The notes: generated by a model from the sequence alone, not told the origin. Counted from the first letter of the whole stretch, positions 48,401 through 60,879 are shown. The stretch: DNA of 60,879 nt, filler included, from Nemertoderma westbladi (GCA_032718475.1; 3 parts of 3 records of this genome joined end to end with filler, not necessarily neighbours in it); one strand, 5' to 3'. Numbers and translations: made by a program.

Positions 48401-49640
48401 TTAATAACGATTAGTGACTACTGAGTAGGCCTACTGGTAGTTGGAGGTCTATATTTTGTACTCTTGACTATGACATTTTCCGAAGTAGGTGTCAGGGAGT
48501 AGCGGACCTTTCTGAGAGATTGTGTCCGCAGTCCAAAACGCGGGTGTTAAATGTCCTAGAAGGGATGTCCGGAAAATGAGACGTAACTCCGAGTAGGCCT
48601 ATGATAAAGGACAATTATTAGTTTAAAAAAAATAAGCAGAAAACACCGCTTTTTCCGATATCCTAAGAGTTTTGAGGCAGTAGCTCCGAAAACATCGCGT
48701 CATCTTGCTGATTCATATTTTCGACAAAAATAATAATTCTCCACAAAAATTAGTTTAAAAAAGACTTTTCTTAACTAATTTTCTGGAAATTAGTGAAAAA
48801 AAGTTAGATTAATTAACTCAATTTTAATAATATTAGTGAGAAAAAGAGCCTTTTTCAAATAAAATATGTTATTCTCATACAAAAATTTGTTTCAGATTCA
48901 GAGGATGATATTCCAGAACTTTTATGTTTCCCTGGTAGTGAAAAGGTTACGAAGTCAGACGGAAGTGACGTTGATATGAGAAGCTTACAGGTAAACAAAT
49001 AATAAAACTTTATAGCGTTACGGCATTGTTAGTTAGAATGAAACCTCCAAAAATGATAATTCTAAATTTTGTGTATTAATCAAAATTTATATATATTTTT
49101 CATAAATAGATTGGCGATGAGATTTTGTCTATGAATCATAAAGGGGGATTAGAGTTTAGTCCGGTGATTGCATTCATTCACAGAGAAACAGAAGGAAACA
49201 GAAAATTTACAAAAATAACAACGGCTGACGGTAACCATTTGTGCGTCTCTTTGCGCCATCTTGTGTTCAAACGTGGCATTGACAACGGAATCGTCGCCAC
49301 TTCCGCCCAAAATATCAATATAGGAAGCAGCATTCTCTCGCCGCTAGATGGCGTTTTTAACAACACAGTGGTCACTAACGTATCCAGTTGCTATGGGGAC
49401 GGAATATACGCGCCGTTGACTCGAACTGGCTCGCTCGTTGTGAGCAATATAGCGGCTTCATGCTACGCTCACACCAGCCACAGTCTGGGACAGGCGATGG
49501 CTTGGCCAATCAGAATGCAACATAGCTTATTGGGGGTCAGTAAAGAAGATGACATTATAACAGATGGTATCCATACATACTTCAATATACTTTTAAGTTT
49601 AGATAAATTATTTGGAGGATTTCTGAGTAATATTTATTAA
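45405..49640 (+). CDS. hh: Hedgehog protein, 6 exons: join(45405-45534,45652-45818,46493-46698,47767-47870,48896-48990,49110-49640), 410 aa
   Basis: All introns are GT-AG with consistent phases, giving a 1233-nt ORF. Signal peptide [21 protein letters not shown] is followed by Cys. Hedge-domain motifs: [61 protein letters not shown]. Hint/Hog motifs: CFPG, GIYAPLT..G..VV...ASCYA, and a sterol-recognition-like tail. Confidence 0.95.
46190..46255 (-). mobile_element. tRNA-derived SINE head / tRNA pseudogene in hh intron 2
   Basis: Minus strand GTGGTTAGAGCG...GAGTTCGAGCCCCACC (A-box- and B-box-like). Confidence 0.5.
46769..46823. promoter_or_regulatory. Perfect 25-bp-stem palindrome carrying two CTCF-like motifs; third motif at 46956-46971
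   Basis: CTCTGACAATTCGCCCCCTAGCGGC-TTTCT-GCCGCTAGGGGGCGAATTGTCAGAG. CCGCTAGGGGGCG and CCACTAGGGGGCG fit the CTCF core consensus. Confidence 0.55.
47135..47458. mobile_element. Non-autonomous element with inverted ends and internal (GTC)n/GTCT microsatellite (DINE/Helentron-like) in hh intron 3
   Basis: CACGAAGTGAGCGAAGCCTTAGCATATGGG (47148) is inverted at 47407-47436. Internal GTCTGTCGTCGTCGTCTGTC and AAACTTGGTAC. Confidence 0.55.
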
Positions 49641-50754
49641 CTCCACTAAAAGGAATTAGTAATGCTGTAATTAGTAATGCTAATAACTGGTCTACTTATA
49701 TTCGGATAGCCTATTACCTGTTCCAATGGTACACTAACACCGTTATATTGAAAGTAAAATGTACCTAATAGTGTAGGCCTACCCTGCCACAGTGTGATTT
49801 ATCTTGTTTTGTGCTCTATACGAAAAATATGAAATTGGAACTTATCGGAGCTGAAAATGAGTTATTTTTTTTAAACGCAACAACAGTTTTAATATTTTAC
49901 TGTAGTAGTTCACAATAATATAGAAAATAGTCAGTATATATTATGATATTGTAGTTTACATTTAAATTAGCTACTTAATCTAATTGTCAGACCTAATATG
50001 GACCTAATAGAGTATAATATATCTAGGCCTAGCTAGTTACTGATAATGTTAAGTTTCCCACAGTATTATATTCGAAAATTGAAACATTTCTTCCTAGTTG
50101 ATTTAAAAAGCAAGTAATATTTACTGTTTGTAGTGTTTTAAGTCAAACCGAGTGGCGTTACTCTAGTTTCTGTGTTAATGTTATGATTCTAGTAAATATA
50201 CAAAATATTGTATCTAATTGGTAATATTTAGCATAAAATGTAAATATCAAATAAATAATTATCAAAATAAATATAAAATAAAATAATAGCAATATTACAT
50301 TTAGTATGAAATTTGTGCTAAAATGTTCCTCGATGTGATATTTTGAGAGATGCAGAGATCCCGAACAAATATATATTTTTTAATAGGGGTTTCTATGGTT
50401 ACGTGATACTGTAAATCAACGCAAAGGAATATGTTTCAATATTCGAAAAATAATTGCGAATATATTTAGCGTGCAATGAAATTTATATTATTAATACAGT
50501 AGTTCAATAAAACAGCATAACATAACATATCCTATAAAGTGCTACATTATTAGGAAGTAAATACCGGTACCGTAGTTATTATTACTGTATTAGTACAGGA
50601 AACAATTTATTTTCCGAAATACTGTACATTCCGACAACATATTGCATTAAAATATAATATATATTTATTTAGTTTGTAAAAATACCATAAAAAGATTAAT
50701 AAATTAGCTAATGAGTATGAAAATGCAATTTCGTATGTTAAGCACATTAAGTAA

Positions 50755-51352
50755 TAACTATATACATACTTGTGTCTGTGTGTAAAGTAGCACTTTACAG
50801 TGTGATGATCCGAGTGGCTTTGTTACACGAACGAACCTAGTGAGTGAGTGAAAATAAAGCCACGAGGATCAGAACACTGTAAAGTACTTTGCAACAAGTA
50901 TGTATGTAGTTTTATTCCGAAATTGTAACATTACGAAATGATTGTACATATACATTATTAGTGATAGAAACTGTACAAATTATATTAGTTGCTGTATAAA
51001 TAAATGTAAAAATGACATAAATTATGTTATAAATAAGTTAGCTTATATTTATCGCGGCGTTTGCAGCCATGTTATAATAATATAGCTAGGCCCAACTGGT
51101 TATTAATAGCTATACCACGCCTACCGGTAGGTAATGCAGTAGGCCTATCTGGCTGTCAGGAAAATAACACCTATTGTTTACATGGTAACCAATGACGGCG
51201 TTAAGTAATGTCCGCTAACGGGACATTACTTAACTACTAACACCAATACAATACTAAATGTACAGGCTAATACAATGGTGTAATGTCCTCTATAACAACT
51301 CGCTGTTAATACTAACGGCGTTGAGTAATGTTACAATTTTGGAATAAAATAC
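50755..51352. mobile_element. Hairpin-ended non-autonomous element
   Basis: Long imperfect hairpin at 50756-50910. TTTTATTCCGAAATTGTAACATTAC (50909-50934) is inverted at 51325-51350. Confidence 0.5.
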
Positions 51353-52412
51353 TTTACTGTGTCGATATAGTACAATATAATTGTATATTTAGTTTAGTTG
51401 TACTTAAGATATAATAGGTTCAGAAACTAGTAATTTTATCCATAAATATATTTAAACAGTAAAATACAATAAATAAGGTAGCGACTGAGGCAGTACGTGA
51501 TAAGTTACCTTATTTGAATTATTTATTAATGTTTAAGTAAATATTGTGCATTATAATATATTAACAGACATCAACTATAACAATAAACATGTTTTAGCAG
51601 TGAAATACTGTATCTAAGGAAAAAATATATTAAATGTGCCAAATTAAAGGGATAGTTTCACATTTAACAGTTTACATTATAATTATTGTGTTACTACGTA
51701 GACAATATTATTATTGTTTGTTCCCTACAAAGCAGGGTTGGAAAAAAAATCATCGTTTTTTTTTCATTTAAATCAGATTTTTTGATTTTTATCACCTTGA
51801 ACATTTTAACATTGCATTGATGTCATGTTGTTTTATCAATAATGGGCCTCCATATTCGAAAAAAAAACCTACAAGCCTAAAGCTACAAGTAATTAATTCA
51901 ATGTATTCTATATGCTTGAATATTTGTATTGAATTGTTGAACATAAAAAAATATTTCATAAAATTGTTACATTACCGTACCAGTATGCATTATACACGTT
52001 GTAGGAGGGTTGATCGTCGAATTTCAATCGCAAGTTTCGATCCATATTGGGAACATATCAATCAATAGTTCTATTTTTTACCTTCAATATGAAAATTATG
52101 AATTTTTTTAATTATTTTTCTTCACTGTAATCATCATCCTTTGTTATTATATTTTTTGGATTTAGAAGTTATTTGCATTGGCCAAGGCCTGTTTCATTCA
52201 TTACCTTTCTTATCAGTTAGTGTTGCTGGTGGCTTAACTTATGTACTATAATTATATAAATAGGTAAAATAATCTAGGACTTTCTTAATTTGAATTAAAA
52301 GCACATCTATTATTTTGTTCAATATCGAAATATTGGAAGTTTTCTTCAATCCATAAACAAATTATCGGGTTTGGACAGCCCTGTTTTGTATAGGAATTAT
52401 ATATTACAATTC

Positions 52413-52512
52413 NNNNNNNNNNNNNNNNNNNNNNNNNNNNNNNNNNNNNNNNNNNNTTAATTAATTAANNNNNNNNNNNNNNNNNNNNNNNNNNNNNNNN
52501 NNNNNNNNNNNN
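52413..52512. other. Assembly gap / contig linker
   Basis: N44-TTAATTAATTAA-N44. Confidence 0.98.
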
Positions 52513-52641
52513 TATTATATTATTATAGGTAGGTACCGGTACGGCTGTACGGTAACTGTTTATTTTATTGAGTCTTTGCTTTCAGCTTTTTACACGTTTA
52601 CGGTACCAGTTTCTGAGTTTACAACCGCTTTGTCGCTTGCA

Positions 52642-53586
52642 ATGGCTGAAACAAAATGTCAGCGAGGCGTGGTTTATATTGGACATATACCAAAGGGTTT
52701 CTATGAAATACAAATGAAGGCATTCTTTAAGCAGTTTGGAAAAGTAACCAACATTAGGCTTGCTCGAAGCAAAAAGACCGGTAATTCAAAAGGTTACGCG
52801 TTTGTTGAATTCGAATATGCCGATGTTGCGAAGATAGTCGCGGAAACCATGAATAACTATCTTATGTTTGAAAAGCTGCTTAAATGTCAATTTATTTCTT
52901 CTGTCCACCCCAATCTGTTTAAAGGCAAAGGGAAATTTAAACCGTATGGTCCGATTAGATGGCGGAAATCCAAGGAAGTCCACAATAATTCTGCCGAGGC
53001 ACTGGTGACCGGTAAACGCCTTCAAAAACTGCTAGCCAGGGAAACAAAGCGGCGAAAACAACTGGAGAGTATGGGGATAGATTATACTTACAGTGGCTAT
53101 GCGGAACAAGTTCAATCAGCTAAAGTTTATTCCAGAGAACTTAAAGCCAAAGTAGAAGATTTCCTGCAGCACCCCGGGAATATCTCTACAGACTCAGAAA
53201 TCGATTTTAAGATGATAACCCCGATCCGGTGTCGTAAAGACTCCGAGGGAAGTGACGCTGTCAGTCTGGGGTCCCTGGGCAGTGCGGGGACTCTAACCAA
53301 GCATAGAAAACTCGACAGTCCTAAACCCAATCACGTTGCTACGGGAACGCCCGTGGAAGAGGTTTTGACGGATGAACCGGTTGTGGAACTGAATAAAGTC
53401 TCCCCTATTACGGTTGAGGCGCCGCTTAGGAGAAGATCAAAGAGAGTACCGCCGCCCAGAACGTTTCGGACAGAAACTCCGAACCGTAAAGGGACTGATA
53501 CGGCTGTTCGAGAAGATCGAAAGAAATCGATTCCCGGTGCCGATAAAACAAGCGGATTAAAGAAAACAACTCGAACAAAGAAATAG
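52642..53586 (+). CDS. NIFK: NIFK / Nop15-like nucleolar RRM protein, single exon, 314 aa
   Basis: [71 protein letters not shown], then [12 protein letters not shown] and a basic tail. The first ATG is at 52642; the ORF track starts at an upstream TTG. Confidence 0.9.
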   Translation: MAETKCQRGVVYIGHIPKGFYEIQMKAFFKQFGKVTNIRLARSKKTGNSKGYAFVEFEYADVAKIVAETMNNYLMFEKLLKCQFISSVHPNLFKGKGKFKPYGPIRWRKSKEVHNNSAEALVTGKRLQKLLARETKRRKQLESMGIDYTYSGYAEQVQSAKVYSRELKAKVEDFLQHPGNISTDSEIDFKMITPIRCRKDSEGSDAVSLGSLGSAGTLTKHRKLDSPKPNHVATGTPVEEVLTDEPVVELNKVSPITVEAPLRRRSKRVPPPRTFRTETPNRKGTDTAVREDRKKSIPGADKTSGLKKTTRTKK

Positions 53587-53867
53587 GTTGTCTTCATACC
53601 ATTAGGATGTCTTTGTCAAATAATTTTTGGCTGTGAAAAAGATTAGGATAGGATACATATAGGAATAGATTGGATTAGGATTATTAGAATAAAGTGATGT
53701 AAATCATTAGTTTTACTAATGTTTTGGTTGTACCGGATTTATTATAATAAATTAATGAAAAGTGTGTGGCAATGACACTAGCCGGTTATCTCGTTTTATG
53801 TGAATATATACTGATGATGAAATATACAGTATAGAGCAAAATTGATTTTGTTAAAAAAAAATAACAG

Positions 53868-54918
53868 CAGTGTATGGCTGACCATGCGATATATGGGCGC
53901 TATGTTACCGGGTGCACAAACTGTGTGTATGGGTGAACGTGCGATATAGTATGTGGGCGCTATGTTACTGGGTAGGCTGGCGCTGTGTATGGCTGACTTT
54001 GCGATACAGTATGTGGGCGCTACGTTACGGGGTATACTGGCGCTGTGAATGGCTGACCGTGCGATACAGTATGTGGGCGCTATGTTACTGGGTACACTGG
54101 CGCTGTGTATGGCTGACCGTGCGATACAGTATGTGGGCGCTATGTTACTGGGTACGCTGGCGCTGTGTATGGCTGACCGTGCGATACAGTATGTGGGCGC
54201 TATGTTACTGGGTACGCTGGCGCTGTGTATGGCGACCATACGATATAGTATGTGGGCGCTATGTTACTGGGTACGCTGGCGCTGTGTATGGCGACCATAC
54301 GATATAGAATGTGGGCGCTATGTTACTGGGTACGATGGCGCTGTGTATGGCTGACTTTGCGATACAGTATGTGGGAACGCTGGCGCTGTGTATGGCGACC
54401 ATACGATATAGAATGTGGGCGCTATGTTACTGGGTACGATGGCGCTGTGTATGGCTGACTTTGCGATACAGTATGTGTGCACTGTGTTATTGGGAACGCT
54501 GGCGTTGTGAATGGCTGACTGCGATACAGTATGTGTGCATTGTGTTATTGGGAATGCTGACGCTGTGTATGGCTGACTGCGATATGTGGGCGCAATGTTA
54601 CCGGGTGCACCAACTGTGTGTATGGGTGAACGTGCGATATAGTATGTGTGCACCGTGTTATTGGGAATGCTGACGCTGTGTATGGCTGACTTTGCAATAC
54701 AGTATGTGGGCGCTACGTTACTGGGTACGCTGGCATTGTGAATGGCTGACCGTGCGATACAGTATGTGGGCGCTATGTTACTGGGTACACTGGCGCTGTG
54801 TATGGCTGACTGTGCGATACAGTATGTGGGCGCTACGTTACTGAGTACGCTGGCGCTGTGTATGGCTGACCGTGTGATACAGTATGTGGGCGCTATGTTA
54901 CTGCGTACGATGGCGCTG
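53868..54918. repeat. 60-bp minisatellite (~17 copies), unit GCGATACAGTATGTGGGCGCTATGTTACTGGGTACGCTGGCGCTGTGTATGGCTGACCGT
   Basis: Direct 60-bp periodicity visible at 53941-54240, with degenerate copies elsewhere. Confidence 0.93.
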
Positions 54919-55056
54919 CACTTTAGTGCAAGCAGCACATCATCATTAATAATTTCATCAATACGGTTTTCTCAATAATGTAATCATGTTGTAGGAAAGA
55001 TATTGGTCCCAGCAGTAGCAGCGGTGATTCAGACTGCTGTACAGGGAATTAAATTA

Positions 55057-58000
55057 CTACTACTACTACTAGGTCGAGCGAACTCGGACAGTGGAAATGA
55101 GATCCTTCCAGGCTTCCCGATTCTCCATAGTTGTCGCAATTTAGTTTCTCCCAGTATCCCTATCAAGTTGATCTATATATGTTATGGCTGGTCGTCCACG
55201 ACTACACGCTTTCCATGAGTTGGTTGCAAGAAAAGTAGATCTGGTATGACCTCGTCTTTACTTCGCCAGCAGTGCCCACTGAATCTTAATCTGCGTTCAC
55301 GGAGGGTGGTTGATACAGGTGGTATTGTACCATAAAGCTCGGCGTTTGTCATGTGTTGTCTCCAGCTGATGTTTAGGGCTGCCCATAGTAGTCTTGTGTA
55401 GCAACCATCAATTCGTTGTTCAAGTGATTTAGTCAGTGTCCAGGTCTCACCCCCGTATAAAAATACACTTTGCACTGTGGCTCGAAAGAACTTAGTCTTC
55501 AGGTGCCTGGAGAGATCCGATTTCCAGATGGTATCCATTTTTGATAGAGCTACCCAAGCCTTTGCTTTCCTAACTTCTATGTCCTTTTTGCTACTCTCTA
55601 TCCATGATCCAAGGTACTGGAAGTCGTCAACCTTTCTTAGTTGATTATTGTCAATGGTTGTCAAGTTTCCATCAACATTAAGGGGGGGGTACACCATTTT
55701 CGGACAACTCTTCGATTTATCACTCCCAGCGTTTCAAAATTGTTTGATTTTGGCTAAAATTTGGAATATAGGTGCCTAAGATGCTATTCTACATGACAGG
55801 TCAGAAAAATTTTTGTTTTCGCTATTTAATATTAGTTAATACTAGTTAACAACAAAAAAAACTTGGTTGCGCTTAAAACCCTAAGGCTTTTACAGTTTTG
55901 AACCTAATCACATGAAAGTTTTTTTATATGATAGATCAAAGATGGGGCAACATAACTATCAGGCGAAATTTTGTTAAAATAATTCTGCTACGCTAGGTGG
56001 CGCTGCAAATTTATGCAAATTTTTAGGTTTTTTATAAATAGTATTAAATTTTATTAACAAAAAATTTCGAAAAGTTGCCTGATACTTTTGTGCAGGGTGG
56101 CTATCTAGACACCCACAGGAAGTTTCACACTAATTACTCAAAAATTGTAGAAGTAGTAGGGTTTTGAAGTTGACAATTTCATGAAAAAAATATTTGGAGA
56201 TAATCGACCTTTCATTATACATAGTAATAGTAATTTCAATAGGATTCCGTAAATGGAAATTTACATAACTTGAAAACTAAAAGAGCTATTAAATAGCGGT
56301 TTTCAGATTTGGAAACACCATTCAATGGTGCATTACAATATACCATAAAAAAAATTTCGACATATTTTAGACCAAAATGGTGTACCCCCCCCTTAAAGGT
56401 CATGAATTCGGTCTTGGTAGCATTTATATGCAATCCAACCTCCTTAGCAGCCCTCTCCACTTTATTTAGTATAAGCTGTGCATCTGCTAGGGTATTAGAG
56501 AGCAGGGCGATGTCATCCGCAAAGTCGGTGTCTGTGACTGTAGTTGCCGGATATCTACTACTTCTGCGTTCTTAAAGTGTGAATCCCAGATCTTCACCCT
56601 TTGTGGCTGTCCTCATTGCGTAATCCAGCATAATTACAAATAGTAATGGTGCTAATGTGTCACCTTGCAGTACCCCAGCCAGGATTGAGAAAAACTCAGT
56701 TTCACCATCTGGTGAGAGTACCTGCGCTTCTGTGTCACAATATAACAATCCAATGCCAGCAACAATTACTTCTGGTATTCCATAAGCTCTTAGGATTTCG
56801 AGCATTTTGCCTCTATGGATGGAGTCGAATGCCTTCTTGATGTCCACAAAAGTCATGACTGCGGGGAGATTCTTCGACTTAATTCCTTCAATCAGTCTCC
56901 GTAGTGCAAGTATCTGAACTATTGGTGATCTACTTGGTCGAAATCCGTTTTGGCTCTTACGCAGTAGTTTCTCTATGTGAGGCCTAATCCTATATAGAAT
57001 CATTTTATTGTATATTTTGGCAGGTACCACAAGCAGACAGATCCCACGATAGTTTGTTGGTATACCGAGGTCTCCTTTCTTGGGGAGAGGCTTTAGTTGA
57101 CCTTTAGTCCAAATTGGTGGTGGCTTTTCCCCTTTTAACATCCGGTTGCAAACATTCAATAATGGTCTGTTTAGCACTACTGTTTTCCATACCTCCGCTG
57201 GGATTTCATCTAATCCACTCGCTTTATTATTGGACATGCTTTTAATGCTTATCTGGAGTTCGGCAGGTGTGAAGTCCCCTGTTTCTATAGGTAGTGTCTT
57301 GTCATATATTTTCCTTGTAGGGCTGACCTCGATGTTTGGTGGCTGCCCAAGCAAGTTGCTGTTTTAAAGTGATTTTTCCACTTCCCAACACGTTCTTCAG
57401 GACTATCGGCTTTGAGGCGCCCCTTTGCACAACTTTTCCGACCAGATACCTCATTTACAGTTTGCCAGGTAAGTCTTGATTGTTTCTGTATGTGAGCAGT
57501 TGTAATTGCTTCATTTTTATCCTGTATGTACTTTTCCTGGCTGATGTTGTAGGCCAATTTAAGATCGTCCTTAGCTTTCTCAACCTTGTTAATGTTTTCT
57601 GTTGTTGGTTGTTCGGTTTGAACTTTGTAAGCTATCTTAAGATCTTCTCTCTTACAAGTAACCTCAGAGTTTTGCCATGGCACATACTGTTTTCGTTTGG
57701 GTTTCTGGGGGATATGCCTCTTAGGTGATTCCTTGTGGGCTGTTATTATATCGGCTGTTAGTATATTGAATCGGTGGACTGGTCTTCATCCATTGACTGA
57801 AGTGCTTCAAAGCGGTTTTGAACTTCTACTGTATAAGCATCCTTTACTGCATTGTCAGTTCTGAGTTTCTCCCACTCATAGTTGATTTGCTTGCTTGTCC
57901 TGGGTTTGCTGGCTCTCAAACTGAGTCTGATCTCTGCAGTCACAATTCTGTGGTCCGAACCAATTAGGTTGAACGAGCTGTATGCCTCGCAGTTGATCAT

Positions 58001-58719
58001 GCTGTTTCTCCACTTTTTGTTTATAAGGATGTAATCCAGTTGTGCTTTGGTTCCATTAGGGTATTGAAAGGTCCATAGCTTCCCCTTACCCTTTTCGAAT
58101 GTATTGTTTGTTGGTATCAATGCACATTCTTCCATTAGGTCTAAAAGTAAGTACCCATTTCTGTTAGAACTGGTGTTATAGGTGTAACCCTTGATGTCTT
58201 CTGGGCCAATTTGCGCATTCAGGTCACCAGCGATGACTTTAACATTGTGTTTTGGAATGTCCTTTATAAGTCCAGTCAGATCTTCATAAAACTTGACTGC
58301 TTTTTCTGGCTCTGAGGCATTGGTTGGACTCTAGCAACATAACTGTTGTCTTGGGATTCCCATCAAATGTTGCGATCATAACCCTGGAATTTATAGATTC
58401 GATGTGGTTTAGGGTCTTAAGTGCAAATGGGCTTAGCAAAATTCCTACTCCACCAATTGATGCATTGGCGGAGTTTCTTACTGCTGAGCTTAATGTTACT
58501 AACGTCCATCCATTTCCAATGTCATTGTACTTCATGGCAGTGTCTTCATGACAAATCCGATGTTCTTGGATACAGATGATGTCGATGTTATATTCCATTG
58601 CCAGAGCGACCATGTCACCCTGTTTGCTATGTGCTTTCAGCGTGCGTGTGTTCATTGTAGCAATCTTTAGTGTCGTTTTACATTTCAGCAGGTTGGTTCT
58701 TCTTTCTTCTCTGTCTTCC
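55057..58719 (-). mobile_element. Near full-length RTE-clade LINE (APE endonuclease + RT), inactivated
   Basis: APE motifs IATMNTRTL, ICIQEHR, GDLNA, QLDYILI, SDHRIV. RT motifs LPKKGDL...NYRGI, QNGFR, GVLQGDTLAPLLF, DFADD. (TAG)n 3' tail; 13-bp TSD GGGAATTAAATTA at 55044-55056 and 58720-58732; stops and frameshifts present. Confidence 0.95.
55682..56392. mobile_element. Non-autonomous DNA transposon (Kolobok-like) inserted in the RTE element
   Basis: TIR GGGGGGGGTACACCATTTT / AAAATGGTGTACCCCCCCC, with TTAA TSD at 55678-55681 and 56393-56396. The empty site ATCAACATTAAAGGTC is seen in the sibling RTE copy at ~20635-20650. Confidence 0.9.
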
Positions 58720-60544
58720 GGGAATTAAATTAACGCGGTGATAAACGACTACTGGGAATTAATTTAATCTAAATAACTTTGGAAGTCTCTATTTATTAAT
58801 TGTGTGCATACTGTTGGCTCTGCCTTATATGCTGTATTTATATTTTTGGTCACCAGGTTTTTTTTTCTCTATCAGCTGAAAAAAAACATCGAACATTCAG
58901 AGGGTGAATTTTAAAAATTTGTATATTTTTACAATATTTCTAAATTGGAAAAAATAATTAATAAAATCGTGATTTAAAAAAAATTACAATTTTTAAAATT
59001 TATGCCAGAATATAATAGTTTTATCCAGAGCAGAACTAGAAAGCCAGCAAGCTGGCTGGAAGGAGCCCGGGGGAAAAATCCTAGCCAAGACTATTACAAA
59101 GAACTATGTCAGTCAGCAGTAAGTAAACTAAAATTGTCTAAACTGCAAGGCGTGAGGCTAGCTGACTTTGTGGCTCGCCCCACATAATAAAAAATGCAAC
59201 TTAGCTACCACTAACAAAAATATAATATGAAGCAAATAATTTCATTATCAAGAACGTTTACAAGATATAAGATGCGATTACCGAATATTTATAAAAAATG
59301 CCCATGATGCACAACCAGATAAATAACAACGAATAGAGCCAAATAACAAATTTAGTTTCCTTCTATAGGTATTACCCCGTCGTCAAGCGGAATATCTCTT
59401 CCCAGTGAATTCTATGTGAATATGTAATATAGGTACTCCTTAGGCGGTAGGCCAGAGCGGGCTCCTTAAATACATGCAACTACTGTATTATAGTGTAGGT
59501 CAACTATAAAACATTTTGCAATCCACAGTGAGTATCGACTGCAATAGGACACAACACACTGCTTTGTGTAACTAAAATTCATTCTCCTGATCCACCCCCT
59601 AACATAGCAGAGTGAGTAACCTTATTGTAGATATACCCTTAGGAAGCTTATGTGTAGGTAAACATTGCCTTTCCTTATAGCCTACTAGTAAAACTTGGCA
59701 ACCAACACGTTGTTCTATGACTGTGTATAACATATTAAGCCATATTTCATCATGAACACCAGCTGTTATTTTACCATTGCTTTTAATTTCGCGACAAAAC
59801 AATGTCAAAAAACTAAATATATCGAATACCACACATAGAATCGATCTGAAATTTTGTAACGCGATTATGAACCACCAAAGCAATGTACTTGCAAAATTTC
59901 ATCAAAATCGCCAGGCAGGAAGTGCCTTAACCTAGATAATTATCAGTCAGTCAGTCAGTCAGTGTAATGTATCCTGAGATTTTTACAGAAAGTATCCCTG
60001 AGATTCTTACAGTAAGTATCCCGCTGTCAAGCGGGCACCTAATGAGCCCACAATCCTATACGTATACGATGATATATAATAACGTACCAATTGCGGTAAA
60101 AGAAAAGCTGCTTAATTTATTAATTTATAATTTGATATTAATTAATTTTAATTTTAATCATTAGTTTATAATTTAATGTATTAATTTATAATTTTTTATC
60201 ATTAGGGCCTATTGTAATCTTTATAATCATAGTAATAGGGCTGGGGAGTCTTAGTCACCTCAATTACCACTTTATGTAATTAAACGTACTGTACTTCATA
60301 TTCATTATTTCAGCACTACAAAGTAATAAACCTTCCAGTCTGGGAGGGGATGGCCTTCCTTATACTGTAATTTTGTGCATCCCAACCTTACAGTACCATC
60401 TCTATTTTCTAATCCTAAGCAATTTTAAGAGCGCAGGCTATAGAAAAGTTAAGTACTAATAATAATAGTAGGTCTAGCGTACCGTACAGCACTTTAACTT
60501 GGATTTAATGGTTTATTTTTGTGGTTGGGTTAGTTGGTCAGGCC

Positions 60545-60680
60545 CAAACCCTAATTAAAACTGTCATTAGTAACCATATAACCTTGAAGTCCCAATGCTC
60601 TAATCTAAGAAATTTTGTGGAATTTAGGATCCAAAATATTTAAGGTTGGGGTTACATGACAGTTTTAATTAAGGTTTTCG
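60545..60680. repeat. Short inverted repeat (MITE-like)
   Basis: CCTAATTAAAACTGTCAT is inverted as ATGACAGTTTTAATTAAGG. Confidence 0.45.
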
Positions 60681-60879
60681 GCCTCCATTTTCACTTTGAA
60701 TTAGGGTTTCGGACCGCGACTCCCAAAATATGGGGATTTATTTACCTCCCTCGCTGCGCTCGGTCGTTTAAAACAGATCTCGGGATGAACGGTAACTAAA
60801 GCATATTCTATTTCCCTCTCAGTGCAATAGGTAGTTATTATAATGAATGAGTTAGAATATTGACGTTCCAATATTGATG

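Noticed and set aside
21364-53586. VPS4-hedgehog-NIFK as a functional or syntenic cluster
   Set aside because: The three genes lie on three segments separated by artificial gaps, so linkage cannot be assumed.

Overview
AT-rich eukaryotic (animal) DNA in three segments joined by two artificial 100-bp gaps (N44-TTAATTAATTAA-N44 at 23490-23589 and 52413-52512), so adjacency across the gaps is not guaranteed. Segment 1 starts with about 19.7 kb (~365 copies) of a 54-bp tandem repeat. Its minus strand encodes PQGGVLSPLLFLLYINDL, the conserved QG...SP.LF..YIND motif of non-LTR retrotransposon reverse transcriptases. The array is perfectly homogeneous for the first ~6 kb and carries more variants further in. 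It is followed by RTE LINE fragments and an intronless VPS4-like gene. Segment 2 contains a Foldback/Mutator-like element, LINE relics (L2/Crack-like, RTE, CRE), tRNA-derived SINEs, a 4-kb 38-bp satellite and a complete six-exon, divergent hedgehog gene. That hedgehog has non-canonical residues at both lipidation sites (CHPDMY N-terminus, L|CF cleavage site, natural D46H and T69S in the Hint domain). Segment 3 has an intronless NIFK/Nop15 gene, a 60-bp minisatellite and a near full-length RTE LINE (13-bp TSD) interrupted by a TTAA-flanked Kolobok-like non-autonomous element. All assignments come from reading the sequence and recalled family motifs; no database searches were run.
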